Shown one piece after another: positions 13,501-25,448 of a stretch of DNA of 64,000 nucleotides. Each line of letters opens with the position of its first letter. Within the stretch, counting starts at the first letter, position 1. The translations under genes and the position numbers were made by a program. The DNA is from Microthyrium microscopicum (Eukaryota), in the NCBI GenBank assembly GCA_010405405.1, contig MU004237.1, positions 596,191 to 660,190 on the forward strand. The letters run 5' to 3'. The notes below the pieces were generated by a model, which was given only the letters and a program-made list of their open reading frames with translations, searched no databases and was not told where the DNA came from.

Positions 13501-14419
13501 CGACACATTTGTGAGCCCCCTTGTTGCCGCAGTCGTAGAAAACAATCAACGTCTGTTTGAGCATCTTCTCAAAGCTGGAGTTGATCCAAATGCGTCCGGA
13601 TGGACTGTATATTGCTTTGAAGAAGCTTTTCCTAAGCGAGACATAATACAAAACGACTTGCTACGACGACCGATAACTCCTCTATATGCCGCTTCGTGCC
13701 TTGGCCATGTAGCGATGGTGGAAAGGCTTGTCGCGCACGGAGCTGATGTAAACAAAAGGTCTCAGCATGACTACTGTTATGCTCTTCAAGCTGCAGTATA
13801 TGGAATGCATGCTGAGATTGTCAAGCTGCTAATCAAAGCCCGCGCTAACGTTAACCAAATTGGTGGGTTTTATTCCACTGCTCTCAAGGCAGCGGTATTT
13901 GCAAACGCCCGTGTAGAAGAGTTCAGCTACTTGTTCAAGCACTCCAAAGGAATGAAAGAAAACAGTCTTCAAATCCTAGATCTACTACTGGAAAGCGGAG
14001 CAGATGTCGATGCCGCTTGGGGCAGATATGGCACCGCTCTAGGCGCAGCGACGTACTGCAACTTGGCTCCAATCGCCTATAAGCTTATTGACCTAGATGC
14101 AGATGTAAATCGATGCGGAAATGGCACAGAGCCGACTGAAGATGAAGTGCAGTTATGGGGTATTGAACGCATGGGCGACCCAGCTCACAAAGATCGGGTT
14201 ACACCGTGGCAGCTAGCAATACTGAACGGATCCCAAGCTGTGGCACAAATACTCCACGACGCTGGTGTAGACAAGTCGCCTGTGCCGCTAGCGAACGGGC
14301 ACTTTACTGTGCTTTGGGATAGGCATGTTGCAGCACCGTTAGCGAATCAGATACGTCGATACGCACATCTTGGTAACTCTCCTGCTACAGTGCTTGTAGA
14401 AGGACCACGGCCGAGTTAG
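10590..14419 (+). CDS. Fungal NLR: SesA/HeLo-like N-terminus, NACHT-type NTPase, winged helix, ankyrin repeats (introns 11038-11091, 11900-11946)
   Basis: MAEIIAGVSIASSFIQLVDFGTKVVSRL N-terminus; Walker A GIPGSGKS; Walker B YLIVDALDES; GMFRW restored by splicing; LAHYSVQEYL; many G..L.AA...G.DVN ankyrin repeats. Confidence 0.9.
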
Positions 14420-14513
14420 ATTAGCTCGGAGATTTCAAGAGAGTTGAATACAGGCGTGTGGAGAGCATCATAGCCTTCGATTACGTATCAATATAGTTTT
14501 TTAGTATTCATTT

Positions 14514-15993
14514 TCAACCATGCATCAGCTCCTCCTCCAGTCCAATTTGCTGTCTAACAACCAATGTAACAGTATGAAAAGAATTCCAAATATCCCCACC
14601 AGTCACAAGAATATACGCGCTCGTCTCGCACCGCTTACACGTGTGCCCATAAGTTCTGACGACTCCCCCAGTACCTCGATCCACGATCCTTCGATGTTCA
14701 TTGTTTCCCGTGCCTGATATAAGTTGCTTAGTACTCATATGCCCACAAACCCACCAGTCGAGCTGCCGCAAAGTTGCAGTCAGCGCTTCACCGGTCATCT
14801 GGTGTGTGCGAGCATATTGAAACCTAGAGAGTCCACCAGACTTGGGTACATTCGCGTCCGATGTAGGTCGAAAGTCGAAAACGCCTTGTAGAATTATGCC
14901 GCCGTCACTCAGTCTGGATGGTATGATGCTGTAGCGGAACTGTAAAGGCACGGTGGGAAAGGTGGCTGTCCATTTGGATGCGACTTCTCTATTGCGGTAT
15001 TTTGAGGTTATGGTAGACTTGAGCTTGAATACTGGATCTAGGAAAGCCCAGGGTGGACTGCCGCCGCACCTCATACCGCGTCTACGACGATTTGTGGGAT
15101 ATGGTGGACTGTTGAGACATTTTACAGGGCGACCAGGTTTGATTAGTGCTTCTTTGGCTTCTGATAGTTTGTCATAGCGAGCTTGAGGATCGAATACCAG
15201 ATTCGCGTTTGGGCGTCGTGGCGGTTTGAATGCGTTGACTGTTCTGTTGAGGTCAGCAATCAGTTATTTACAACAAGATAATAGCTTCAATTGTCGTTGT
15301 TCCTGCGAGTTGAACATGGAACTTACTTTTCTGGAATTGCCCATTCAGTCCTACAGCTCAGTAGGCTCGGACATAGTGTTTTTTCAAACCCAACCATTCG
15401 TATGTAGTCGTGTGGTAGCTGAAAGAAGTTTCCCTGAAAGTCAAACCGATCCTCCACGTCAGAAGATACGGTGAGAAACCTAGTCTGATCCATCCGATGC
15501 AAGGTCACGCAACCACTACAATACAAGAACTTTGGCCAGAATGTCTTTTCAAGCATTGCAAAAAGTCTGAATATGGATTGATCAGGCTGTTCCGCATCTT
15601 CATTCGGTCTCTTGAAATCGAGCGGGAGTCTTCCCACTGATCGATACATAATGGGATGGACCAACGCAAAACTTTGTTTATCCACTGGATCGTCGATATT
15701 GGAGTGTATACTTCGAATTAGTTCCATTGGTAATGAGGCGATATTTTTTGCTGCAGGATCGACCTTCAATTCTTCGATTTCTTCCTGATCACCATTAGCT
15801 TAACCACAAGATATACTAGCAATCGAAGCCAAGTGATGAGAGAACCATAGCGAGCACCTGACGGCTCTGCAGTGATTACACCTGTATAACTTACCTTAAG
15901 AGCTTCCCACTTCCAAGAATGTGAGTATCGCTCATGTCGACTACATTTATTCCCACTCCACGCACATGGAAAGACCACATTTGGGGCTTCCAT
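14514..15993 (-). CDS. F-box-like hypothetical protein (3 exons)
   Basis: GTAAGT donors at 15894 and 15326 with CTAAT/CTGAC branch sites join three ORFs in frame. IASLPMELIRSIHSNIDDPVDKQSFAL is F-box-like; YCSGCVTLH and CKRCET motifs follow. Confidence 0.65.
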
Positions 15994-16447
15994 AATTAGT
16001 GAAAGCTCCGCCTAGAGCCCAAGTACAAATTGAATAAAATCAACTGACAAATCCTGAGGTGAAAGGACCTGGGAGGCTGAAAAATATCAGGCATAGGTCC
16101 TTTCAACCGCCCCCAAATATTTTTGCTGCGCCTCAATCTCCATCTGTAGTCTCCCGCAGGTGGCCTCCCCCTTTCACAACATCACATCGCGGAATTGATG
16201 CGAACTGTAGGTAAGCCGTTGCGAAGGTCCAGTGAGTAGTGAATAATGTGATGTGCTAGATGTGCAAAAGTGTATGCTTCGATTATGGTGTGGCAACAAA
16301 AAGCACTGAAATGAGTGCGAGTAGCTTAAAAAGCACTCGAATTCCAGATCTGGGTGAAAACCTCTAGTTGAACTATGGGAATTATTTGCTGTCCTTGTAT
16401 TAGGAAGCTGGCCACTCTAACCTCTGTCTCAATCGCTTTTGAGATTT

Positions 16448-17347
16448 CTATATGCCATAGCTGTCCAAAGGAAAATCCACCAAATTTTTATACAGCCGTC
16501 CCCATCCATCATCAACCTCACCCGGCCGCCCTCGCACTCTCGCGAACCCCCGTCCTGCATCGACCCATTCGCCTCTCAATCGCTCCATTTCGACTGTCTC
16601 AGCGCGCGCCTCTTCACTGTCGACTTCCTTGTGCTCTCCAGTCAACCCGGCTAGCACTTCGTGCTTTCGTGGGCCGTAAACACCAAAGAGACCTTCATGT
16701 GGAACCCAAGCGACCTGCATACCAGCTCGTCGACCAGCCTCCACACCCGGGACACTGTCTTCGAAAACAAGACACTCCTCGGGGTGGATTTGCTGGTCTT
16801 TCGGTACGCCCTCATTCAGCGTTGAGAGTGCGAGCAAATAGATGTCTGGCGCTGGTTTGCCACGGCCCTTGGGGATCCGGGGATCATCGCCAACAACGAC
16901 ATGCTCTTTTTGAAATATGTCGATTAGATGACCAAGGTGACCAGTCTTGGACTCAAAATTGAGGCGATGACTGCTTGTAGCCACTGCCATCTTGACTTTT
17001 CCTTGTTCCCGTGCCTTCGCTAGACGAGTGAGGAGATCCAGCGCGCCAGGGAGTGGTTGAGTGGATGGAAAGTGCTTAGTTTGCAGCTCTTGTGTGCGCT
17101 TTTTGAACTCGTCCATGCTGATGGGCAGTTGCGCCCAGGCTTGGAGCATCTCACTTGCCTCGGGGCCTGGTCGTCCTTGGAGTCGGGCTTTGACGTCCCA
17201 TGGTAGCGGTGGCTTTCCAAACTGTGCGAGAACTTCATTGGTGCAAAATGTGTAGATGTCCTCGGAGTCGATTAATAGACCATCCATATCGAAGAGGCAG
17301 GCGCGGATCTTTGGCAGCCCGGTAGGAGTCAGATTTGATTGAGCCAT
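16448..17347 (-). CDS. HAD-superfamily hydrolase, HDHD1/pseudouridine-5'-phosphatase-like
   Basis: LFDMDGLLIDSE, VATSS, GKPAPDIY, LVFEDSVPGVEAG motifs; likely start MAQSNL at 17347. Confidence 0.9.
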   Translation of the reverse strand: MAQSNLTPTGLPKIRACLFDMDGLLIDSEDIYTFCTNEVLAQFGKPPLPWDVKARLQGRPGPEASEMLQAWAQLPISMDEFKKRTQELQTKHFPSTQPLPGALDLLTRLAKAREQGKVKMAVATSSHRLNFESKTGHLGHLIDIFQKEHVVVGDDPRIPKGRGKPAPDIYLLALSTLNEGVPKDQQIHPEECLVFEDSVPGVEAGRRAGMQVAWVPHEGLFGVYGPRKHEVLAGLTGEHKEVDSEEARAETVEMERLRGEWVDAGRGFARVRGRPGEVDDGWGRLYKNLVDFPLDSYGI

Positions 17348-18534
17348 ATTTGATGCTTGATTCCCAATGGCACTGAGGAGCCTGAAGGTGGAGAATAGTC
17401 GTTGGATGGGACTGAAAAGTGGTTGAGAACTTGAGATGAGGTTGAAGAGTTGAAAAATACGGTATGCGCTTGATGACTGGTAGTTTTCCACTTGCAGGGA
17501 TGTTGAGTTCGAGGTTTTTAGCTCCTAAACTTCATGTTCACTTTCTTTGTTTACACTCAGAAGTATTTATGCTGAGATAACAAAGTATACACTATCTGTT
17601 CCGTAGTTACATGTAGACAGATCAATTCCTGAGTATCTAAGGATTCCCAAAAATTATCAACATCAAAATGGATCTACTCTGTCCGATATAAACCTTGCTT
17701 GAGCTACGCTTATACCTTGTAAGTTCTTTGCAAAATCACTGAGAGGGTGGAGGAATTTATAGGAAGTAGGCAGCATCCAGATTGCTCGAAAGGTGCCAAC
17801 GCGGAGTCACTAAGAGACTAAGAGTGTCTGTGCGAATCTGGGGTAGATTGGCCGAGGCCTTTTCGTATATCAAAACTCCAGCATACTTTGTACCTAGGTA
17901 TTCCTTAAAAGTCCATTACGTGTCTAACTACAAGGGATATGCTGTGCTACTGTGAGTCTGCTTCACAATATTCGTAGTCACCATAAGGCTGAAGAAATCA
18001 GGAGTGAAAGACTCCAATTGGACGAAATATGTCTTGCTTTTGCTCCATGTTACAACTACAAAGTCATACAGCTTTCGCGATCATGAAACCATTCCAGTGA
18101 TTTTGCTGCAAATGATTTCCTGGACGATGATTATATTTCAACATTGCTACCAACGAAGCTGATTCCTTATGGAAAACGCTAGCATTATTTACCACTCCAC
18201 TGGAGAACGCCACGTCTTCACTGCTCTACGCTTTGCCAACTCTGAGACCCTCATCAGTAGTAACAAACTTGTCTTTTCCAGAGACTTTTCTATTCGGAGC
18301 GACACAAATAAAGTTCGTCACAGTGCAAGGGTTGCAACTTGTACAGCCAGGTTTCACGAAGCGAAAATGGTCACCATCCCTGTGCGGCATGACGTAGAAG
18401 AGGCAACAATACATTATCACTCACTGCCCCGAGCAGGACATGTTTCTACTAATTTTTATTTTGGAGCCTTGAGGTAGTTCCCTAGCATCCAACTCGCATA
18501 TCAGTTAGCATTATCGAAAAAGCACTTCATCAAT

Positions 18535-19204
18535 ATGGTCAAAGTTCTCGAAAACAAAATCATCGATCTCGATCTCCTCCCTGGCCAAGAACACATCGAA
18601 GTCCAACGCCAACTACGGCAACAACTCAACAATGCTAGAGGCCAAATAGAAAATGGCGGAGAGCAAGCTCAGGGAGCTGTAGTGGGAGCTGGAGGGCAAG
18701 CACAAAATTTAGCAGGACAACAAGGCGTACAAATCCCAAAGGAGATGCTGCCTGATAGCATGAGTGATGAACAGAAATCACAAGCAAGGTCAGTGGCAGG
18801 TACAATCTTGGATGGAAGTGGTAATGTCATTGGCGGACTCGCCGGGACAGTTGGTGGAGTCCTGAAAGGTGTAGGAGATACAGCGGGCAATACTGTGAGT
18901 CTAAGGCGTAGTTCAGTATAATCTGCAGTATATACTAATGCTTTGATGCCAATAGGTCTACGCTCTCGGATCAGGACTTCTCCAAACAGGATCTGGCGCT
19001 GCTACAACTCTGGCTGGTACTGCGACGGCGCCATTCTCTGGTGGTACAAAGGAAGTCGAGCCAGCTCCTGCTGAGGATGCCAGCGAGGGGGCGGCAACAA
19101 AGAAAAAAGGACCTCGAAAGATCGAAATTAGAAATGGAAAGCCTGTTGATATCAGTGAAACCAATGAGAAGGAAGATGTCAACGAGGCTGAGGGGGAGAA
19201 ATGA
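18535..19204 (+). CDS. Small Gly/Gln-rich hydrophilic protein, LEA/stress-like (intron 18895-18955)
   Basis: GTGAGT..CTAAT..TAG intron gives a continuous frame through the GNVIGGLAGTVGGVLKGVGDTAGNT-VYALGSG repeats. Confidence 0.7.
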
Positions 19205-19827
19205 TGAAAGACAAAGAGATGGTTCATACATTACCAGGACATCTAGGGGGTTTATTTGGACTATTCGCATATGATTTCAGCCTTGCGCTTTTGCATCCAG
19301 CATAGTTCCAAGCGTTGTTACTATTAATCTATGATTACCGCAACGCAATAGAGATAGATTGATTCAAGAACAGGAAAGTGCATAAATGAGGGGCTCATCC
19401 CAAAATAACTCAACACGGGATTCATAAGTCTTTCTGATTCGATAGCCAAGTCGGATCCTCATAGTAATGATTTAGCCTCTCTTCTACATGTAAGAGTAGA
19501 TCTTGAACGAAAAGTGACGGTGTCAGCGACCGATCCTTTGGTGAAATTGGGCTCGTTTGACTGGACAATTGAGGTTCAGGTTACATAGGTATGTATGAAA
19601 TCAGCCTAGGAAAGCGCCTTACCTTTCATGCCTACCTTCTAGAAGATCTCACCTGCCCATTTACCCCTGCACAAAGAGGCGAGGAGTTGATCCTTCCAAT
19701 TAGATCGTAGGTACTACATACTTACATAGCCACCTTCTTCACGGCGAGATCATCAACTACAACCGAATACATAGATAAATATCCAAGAGAATTTGAAGAT
19801 GCTGCCTTTCTTCTCACGACCAATTTC

Positions 19828-22423
19828 ATGATGGAAAATCCAAAAGATCAACGTAACTCGCTTAATGCTTCATCGGAAGACGGTGAACGGCTCCCGAGCT
19901 ATGCAGAGCAGCCGCCGCCTCACGAACTACCACCGGATCTTAGCGCCAGATTGGCTCAACTAAATCTCAGTCAAACTAACACTGGTAGAGTAAGTCTTCA
20001 AGTCTTCTTAGTTGGAACAGAAAAGTATTCACAAAGAGCAGAATGGCATCAACGTAACGCCAGACCAATGCATAGCACATCTCAAGCTTCTAGAAGCATT
20101 CCATCAACTCCGAGAGGACATTGGCAACACAGACAATCTTTTCGACATCCAAAGTCCTCCCTCCACAGAAGAACTGCAGCAACCCGAAAAGACGCCTATT
20201 GTTCATGGTGTAGACCTTGATGCTTTGGCTCAGGTAAGAGTACGCGAGAAACGATGGGCTGTGTTTGTTGCGAGGGCTGTGGATCGTTTCGAGAAGTGGT
20301 GGGATACTTGCGTTCCCACGACAATTCAAGGAGCACCGTGTGCAAAGCTTACTGGCAAAACGTTGTGTGAGCAAAAGGGTATTGATCGTATTGCACTTAT
20401 GGGGGATGCTATCATGCAGTTGGGAGGTAGAGATCACTTGCCTCCTCTTGGTATGTATTTCTGGCAATCTCTTAACTGGTGAAGGAAGTACTGATCGTGT
20501 ATGTAGATGTATTGATGGTGTGGCATTCGTATATGCTGAACCCGAGATGCTTCTTGGAGGACTGCTTTCGTTACGGTAGGTCTTCTGCTCGCTCACGCTA
20601 AAATTGCGTACTCACTGTCCTTCAGGCAAGATGGACTTCTACGCTACACCTATGCCATGGCCTGCGATTGACAAGTGTATTGACATAGTCACGTTTGAAT
20701 ACAATGCATCTGAGCAAGCAGTAAACAACTTCGCTGCTGCCACAGGGCTCAATTGGAACAACACCGAAGACAGCGCAGCCAAGGCATTAATCTGCCCAAA
20801 GTGTGCTGCCAACGTTGAGATTCCGTGGACCGATGGCTCGACCTGGCATCCCGAATCGAAAACTATGACACCGGGAATTGGATACGCGGATCCTGGATTC
20901 ACATGGATTTGTTCTAATTGTGAATCAATCCTCACTCACGACTACCTTCGAGTTCGCAAATTCCATAATGATGTCCATATGCTCATTCGAGCTGACTTAC
21001 CCATGCCGGGCACGGTCCTGAACGCCAATGGAAAGCCAGAGACTCGCATAAGTTATTCTCAGTCAGCGAGTGGAGGCTACGAGAACAGAGGCCCCAGCAA
21101 CTACTTGCCTAACCTATTGCTCAAGAAAGGTCTGGACAAGATCCTCGAATCAGTGTTGGATAATCCCCAATCTACAATGAGCGACGTCAAGACTGTAATT
21201 GAGATGCAAATCGCGGACAAAAGTTGGCTTTTCGCCATAAGACAGTCAAGGCTGCGCATGCTGCCCCCAGAACGTCTCTCTGTTCGAAAAATGATGAGCC
21301 GCTACTGGTTCAACTCTTCGCCATTCGCCCTGGACCTTGCTGGAGCAGTCATTCGACAAGGTTCATTCGTCGAAAAAATGCACGACATCGACTGGCTCCA
21401 TTCACCAGCTCTTAATCATACCATGGAACGTCTCATCGTCAAGTACTCCCGCTTTATGAAGATAATAAAAGATCATCCAAGGACTACAGTTGTCCCGACA
21501 CTAGATGTTGATCTTGCTTGGCATACCCATCAACTCAATGCACAAGGATACTATGCTTTCTCTGACAAGACAACAAGGAAATACATCGATCATGACGACA
21601 AGATTGAAGAATCAGCGCTCAGTGATGCCTTCGCATGGACATCAAAGACCTACGCTGCAGAGTATCGCGAGCCATACAGCGAATGTACCTGTTGGTACTG
21701 CGAAGCTGTCCGTGAAACTTATTCGTCTCGACTGGACATGTTATTCAATCCATCGAACAAAGAAGCAAACGAGAAGGTGCACGCTGCGGAAATGCCATCT
21801 GATCCACTAAAATCAGCACACATCAGCGCCCACAATGCCGTCCGAAACGCTGCCACTGAAGCCACCGCTCGTGTCAAAGCTGCGGAACTCGAGAAAGCAT
21901 ATCAGAAAGTGTGTGCAAAGAATCGAAAGAAGGGCACACCAGAGCCAAGAAGGGATGATTTCTACTACGCCTACGCCTGGGGTTATCCGATATACATGCC
22001 TATGTACTATCCTTATGGTGCTGGATTTGGCTATGGTGGCGGTGGTGGTGGAGTGTATACTTCGGATCCTTGTTCTGTTGATACTGGCTCCGGTGCGTAC
22101 GGAAATTGTGCTTATGGAACTTGTGGAGGTATGGCAGCAAGTGGTAAGTACATCTCTTCAGATTCAGAAGGATCTCTTGCTAACGACCAGGAGGTGGCGC
22201 ATGTGGCGGTGGTGTTGGCGGGTGTGGTGGAGGTGGAGGTGCAGCATGTGGCGGTAAGTTCTTCTTCCACTTTTTTATGTAGCAATTATTAATTAGCGAC
22301 AGGCGCTGGCGGCGGATGCGGTGGAGGAAGTGGAGGCGGATGTGGTGGAGGAGGAGGTTTGTAACTCTGCTCTATTGACGTACTGATGCTGACCATTGTG
22401 CAGGCGGATGTGGCGGTTCTTGA
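19828..22423 (+). CDS. Glycine-rich domain-containing protein (GRDP/DUF1399-like), multi-exon
   Basis: HLPPLDVLMVWHSYMLNP after splicing, AVIRQGSFVEKM, VPTLDVDLAWHTHQL, IDHDD, CTCWYC; Gly/Cys-rich tail on short exons. Confidence 0.85.
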
Positions 22424-22644
22424 CACCGCGATACGAATCTAAAAGATTTGCCGTATTGTGTTCAGTACTTCTGTTTTCAAGCTAGTACATATGCTTTTTG
22501 CTTGCTGAAGAATGATATTGTTTAATTGACGATCTGCTCCCGGAGACTTTGGGCGTTTGGCCACTTTTTGGGACACGAGTTCGAATTCTAGTTTGTATCA
22601 TTATTTATCGCATTCTCCCCAGGTCTAATTCTAGAAGATCTCAC

Positions 22645-23643
22645 TCAACTATCGCTCATTTCCGTATCCGTATCAAACCTTCTCGTCTCATACGTATCAT
22701 TTACAGCATCCCACGACAACTCAGACCTCTTGAACCGAAAAGTCAAAGTCCTCCGCACGATACTCTTAAACGTCGGTCTCAATGGAGTCGGCGGCTGGAA
22801 CCAAGGATTCAGCACCCCATAAGTATGCAACGGCGTCCTAAGATCGTCCATAAACCGTCGTGCATTACCTGGATAATCATAATACGGAATATTGATCACA
22901 ATATGATCAAAATTCTTCCCATTCCGATGCAGCTTCAAAAACCACATACCTGTAAGGTGCTGAATACTCGGTATCATTATGCCCTGTAGCTCGTCCTCAT
23001 ACAACGTCGTTGGTGGAAATGGCCAAGGAGCTGGAGGTACTCGATTGGGTATACGCGTTATTTCAATTCTGCGTGTATCGCCAAAACCTGGCTGGGAAAG
23101 GTGGATATATGGACTTACTGAGCGGAAAGCCCAGCCATTGTTGACAGCTTGGAATCGGCCGTGGGTTTTTAGATGCTCCCAGTGTGGGATGTCGCAGTTT
23201 ATTGTCAAGCTACTTAGATGGCATTGGTTTAAGGGATTTACTAGTGGACGCGGTAAATGGGTGAAGAGGAGTAGGGGCTTATAGTAGCCGTAGCGGTCTG
23301 TGTAGTTTGCTTCGTAGTGCAATGGCACGAGGCCTTGGATGTAGCGATCGAGGATGCGCATGAAATCCCAGCAGACGAGCTTTAGGATTTGTTGGTTTGA
23401 GGGTGGCTGCCTTATATCATACGTGCCTGGCCGCACGTAGTCTAGGGGGCCAGGTGGGAATTGCCTTACGAGTACTTGATGGTGAGTGAGCACGCGATTT
23501 CTGGAAGATGGGTAGTTTTCATTGTTGATTGCGTATTCGAGAATCATTATTTTTAACTCGCATGGAAGATCATACCATCCTGTTCGGTTCTGGATGGCTT
23601 GTTGGTGTGCACGAGCTGCTATTTGCCCACGAGTTTGCACCAT
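22645..23643 (-). CDS. Hypothetical protein with N-terminal F-box-like motif
   Basis: 332-aa intronless ORF; WYDLPCELKIMILEYAI. Confidence 0.6.
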   Translation of the reverse strand: MVQTRGQIAARAHQQAIQNRTGWYDLPCELKIMILEYAINNENYPSSRNRVLTHHQVLVRQFPPGPLDYVRPGTYDIRQPPSNQQILKLVCWDFMRILDRYIQGLVPLHYEANYTDRYGYYKPLLLFTHLPRPLVNPLNQCHLSSLTINCDIPHWEHLKTHGRFQAVNNGWAFRSVSPYIHLSQPGFGDTRRIEITRIPNRVPPAPWPFPPTTLYEDELQGIMIPSIQHLTGMWFLKLHRNGKNFDHIVINIPYYDYPGNARRFMDDLRTPLHTYGVLNPWFQPPTPLRPTFKSIVRRTLTFRFKRSELSWDAVNDTYETRRFDTDTEMSDS

Positions 23644-24128
23644 TTTCTTTCCAGTCGTGGTGAATTTGTCATAGAATTGACAGAATATGCATTGTTGATA
23701 TTGGAGTACACTTCAATCTTATAGTTATTGAAGAACCTTCATAGACGCTGGTAGCGTTCTCTTTGTTGCCGGATTGAGAGAGACGTGATCTATTATAACA
23801 AAGATAAAAAAAAAAGTCTATGTCTTGCAGTTTTCATTGTTGGCTCACTCAAGCAGTTGCAACAAAGAAAGTCATTTCTGAAAGATTGAAGCTTCAATTT
23901 ACTAGCCTGGTAGAGACTTAGCGGCTTCAATGCAGTTTTTGGGTCAGAGCTTACGATTCACGATCAAAAAACGTGCTTGCAACCAGAATGAGGAAAGCTT
24001 CAGGTCGAATACTTCCCCGAGGAATACAGAGGCTAGAATGGGAGGGAAATTCTTTGATAGCTCCGATGCTTTAGTAGTATGACAGTGCTCTAACTACCAC
24101 ACTGCATCCGTTATCATGACCACAGCCT

Positions 24129-24815
24129 TCAATCAATTATTGTCATATTAGTAGATAATGCTGTGCAATCCATCGGTATAGTCAAAACCGGTCCCTCTCC
24201 AACTTCTGCCTGACTGGTAGTATAGCCCGGATTAAACGCCATAATCTGTCCAACAGTGGTCCCAACCCGGGCAGCCAAATCTCTATAAGTACCATATGTC
24301 AAATGATACGGCTGTACGACACATTGACTTGGTGAGCATTGCGGAATTTTGATAGTCATACCAGGATTCAGCGGTGTAGTCACTGTAATGTTGCCACCCT
24401 GTCGACGCCGAGTATTCTTCATTAATGTTGCAGTAGTGATGTTGAACTTCTTCAGTGCGATAGACTCCAATGTGTCGCCTTGTACTGTTTGGTATGTGTG
24501 TGGACCTCCGAGAATGCAAGTTGCAGTTGCGTTTTGTCTTGCCAGTAGGCAGGAATTGTTGTCTGGTTTGCAGACTTCGCTGGGAATAAGGAGAGTTCTT
24601 CCTGGATGTAGAGCAAGGTCTGCGTCGGCCATTCGGTTTGCTCGAGCAATATCGCAAACTCCGCGTTTCATGGCTTTGGAAATAGTCAAGATTGTGTCAT
24701 TGGCTTGAATCCGATATATTCTTTCTGCTATGTTGAGGGCCTTGTCAGTACAGCTTTGTGATGCTGCCTGAGCAATAAAAACTAAGAACAAACAGCAAGT
24801 CGTTTTGAGAAACAT
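24129..24815 (-). CDS. Secreted three-LysM effector-like protein, Ecp6-like
   Basis: Signal peptide; three LysM modules (YRIQANDTILTI, YQTVQGDTLESIA, DLAARVGTTVGQIMAFN); Cys spacing GVCDI..CKPDNNSC..TC..PQCSPSQC..PMDC matches the Ecp6 pattern. Confidence 0.85.
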   Translation of the reverse strand: MFLKTTCCLFLVFIAQAASQSCTDKALNIAERIYRIQANDTILTISKAMKRGVCDIARANRMADADLALHPGRTLLIPSEVCKPDNNSCLLARQNATATCILGGPHTYQTVQGDTLESIALKKFNITTATLMKNTRRRQGGNITVTTPLNPGMTIKIPQCSPSQCVVQPYHLTYGTYRDLAARVGTTVGQIMAFNPGYTTSQAEVGEGPVLTIPMDCTALSTNMTIID

Positions 24816-25448
24816 CTTACAAGATATTTACGGAACCCAATTGAGTAAGAAATCTAGCTTTTGAGAATTGATGTAGTAAGGGATGATCGTGAATATTCAT
24901 ATTGAAAATGGCCTCAGTGATGAGTTTGTACTTTATATGACTGGCACCCAGAAATTTTAAGAAATATACTAAGCCATTTCGGATATCTCATAGACCTCCT
25001 CAAAGTTATAACGCTATATCTAAGATTATCAGGGCAAAATCTCCATGCTGCAGGTGGATCAAAACCTCCACTATATTCATCCTCCTCTTCGGCTTTTCGG
25101 ACACTGGTCTATGGCGAAGCGAATCCCGAGTTGGGCCGACTTTAGACTTGTTCTTAGTTATGCAGCTAGAATGCTGGCTAAAATAAACTTTCGTATGCTT
25201 TGGCAATCTACAGCCTTACCTTAAATATACCAACAATGGCATATTTTCGCGTTGGTAAAGCTGCACGGATCGCTTCAATATCAAACCAAAACATCTCTTA
25301 AGTTAAAATAGCTTAAACCATCAAAGTCTGTGTGCTCTACCAGGTCACAGACATGATTCCGGACCTGTGCTCTATAACTTCTATAAATGCAGCCTCACTG
25401 TACAATGGCACATACACGACCTCTCTTTTCAGCACTTTCGCTTACAAT

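Noticed and set aside
16050..16110. TPP riboswitch suggested by GGCTGA
   Set aside because: The downstream ACCTGAT..TAAT..GCG core is missing, and no thiamine-related gene is adjacent.
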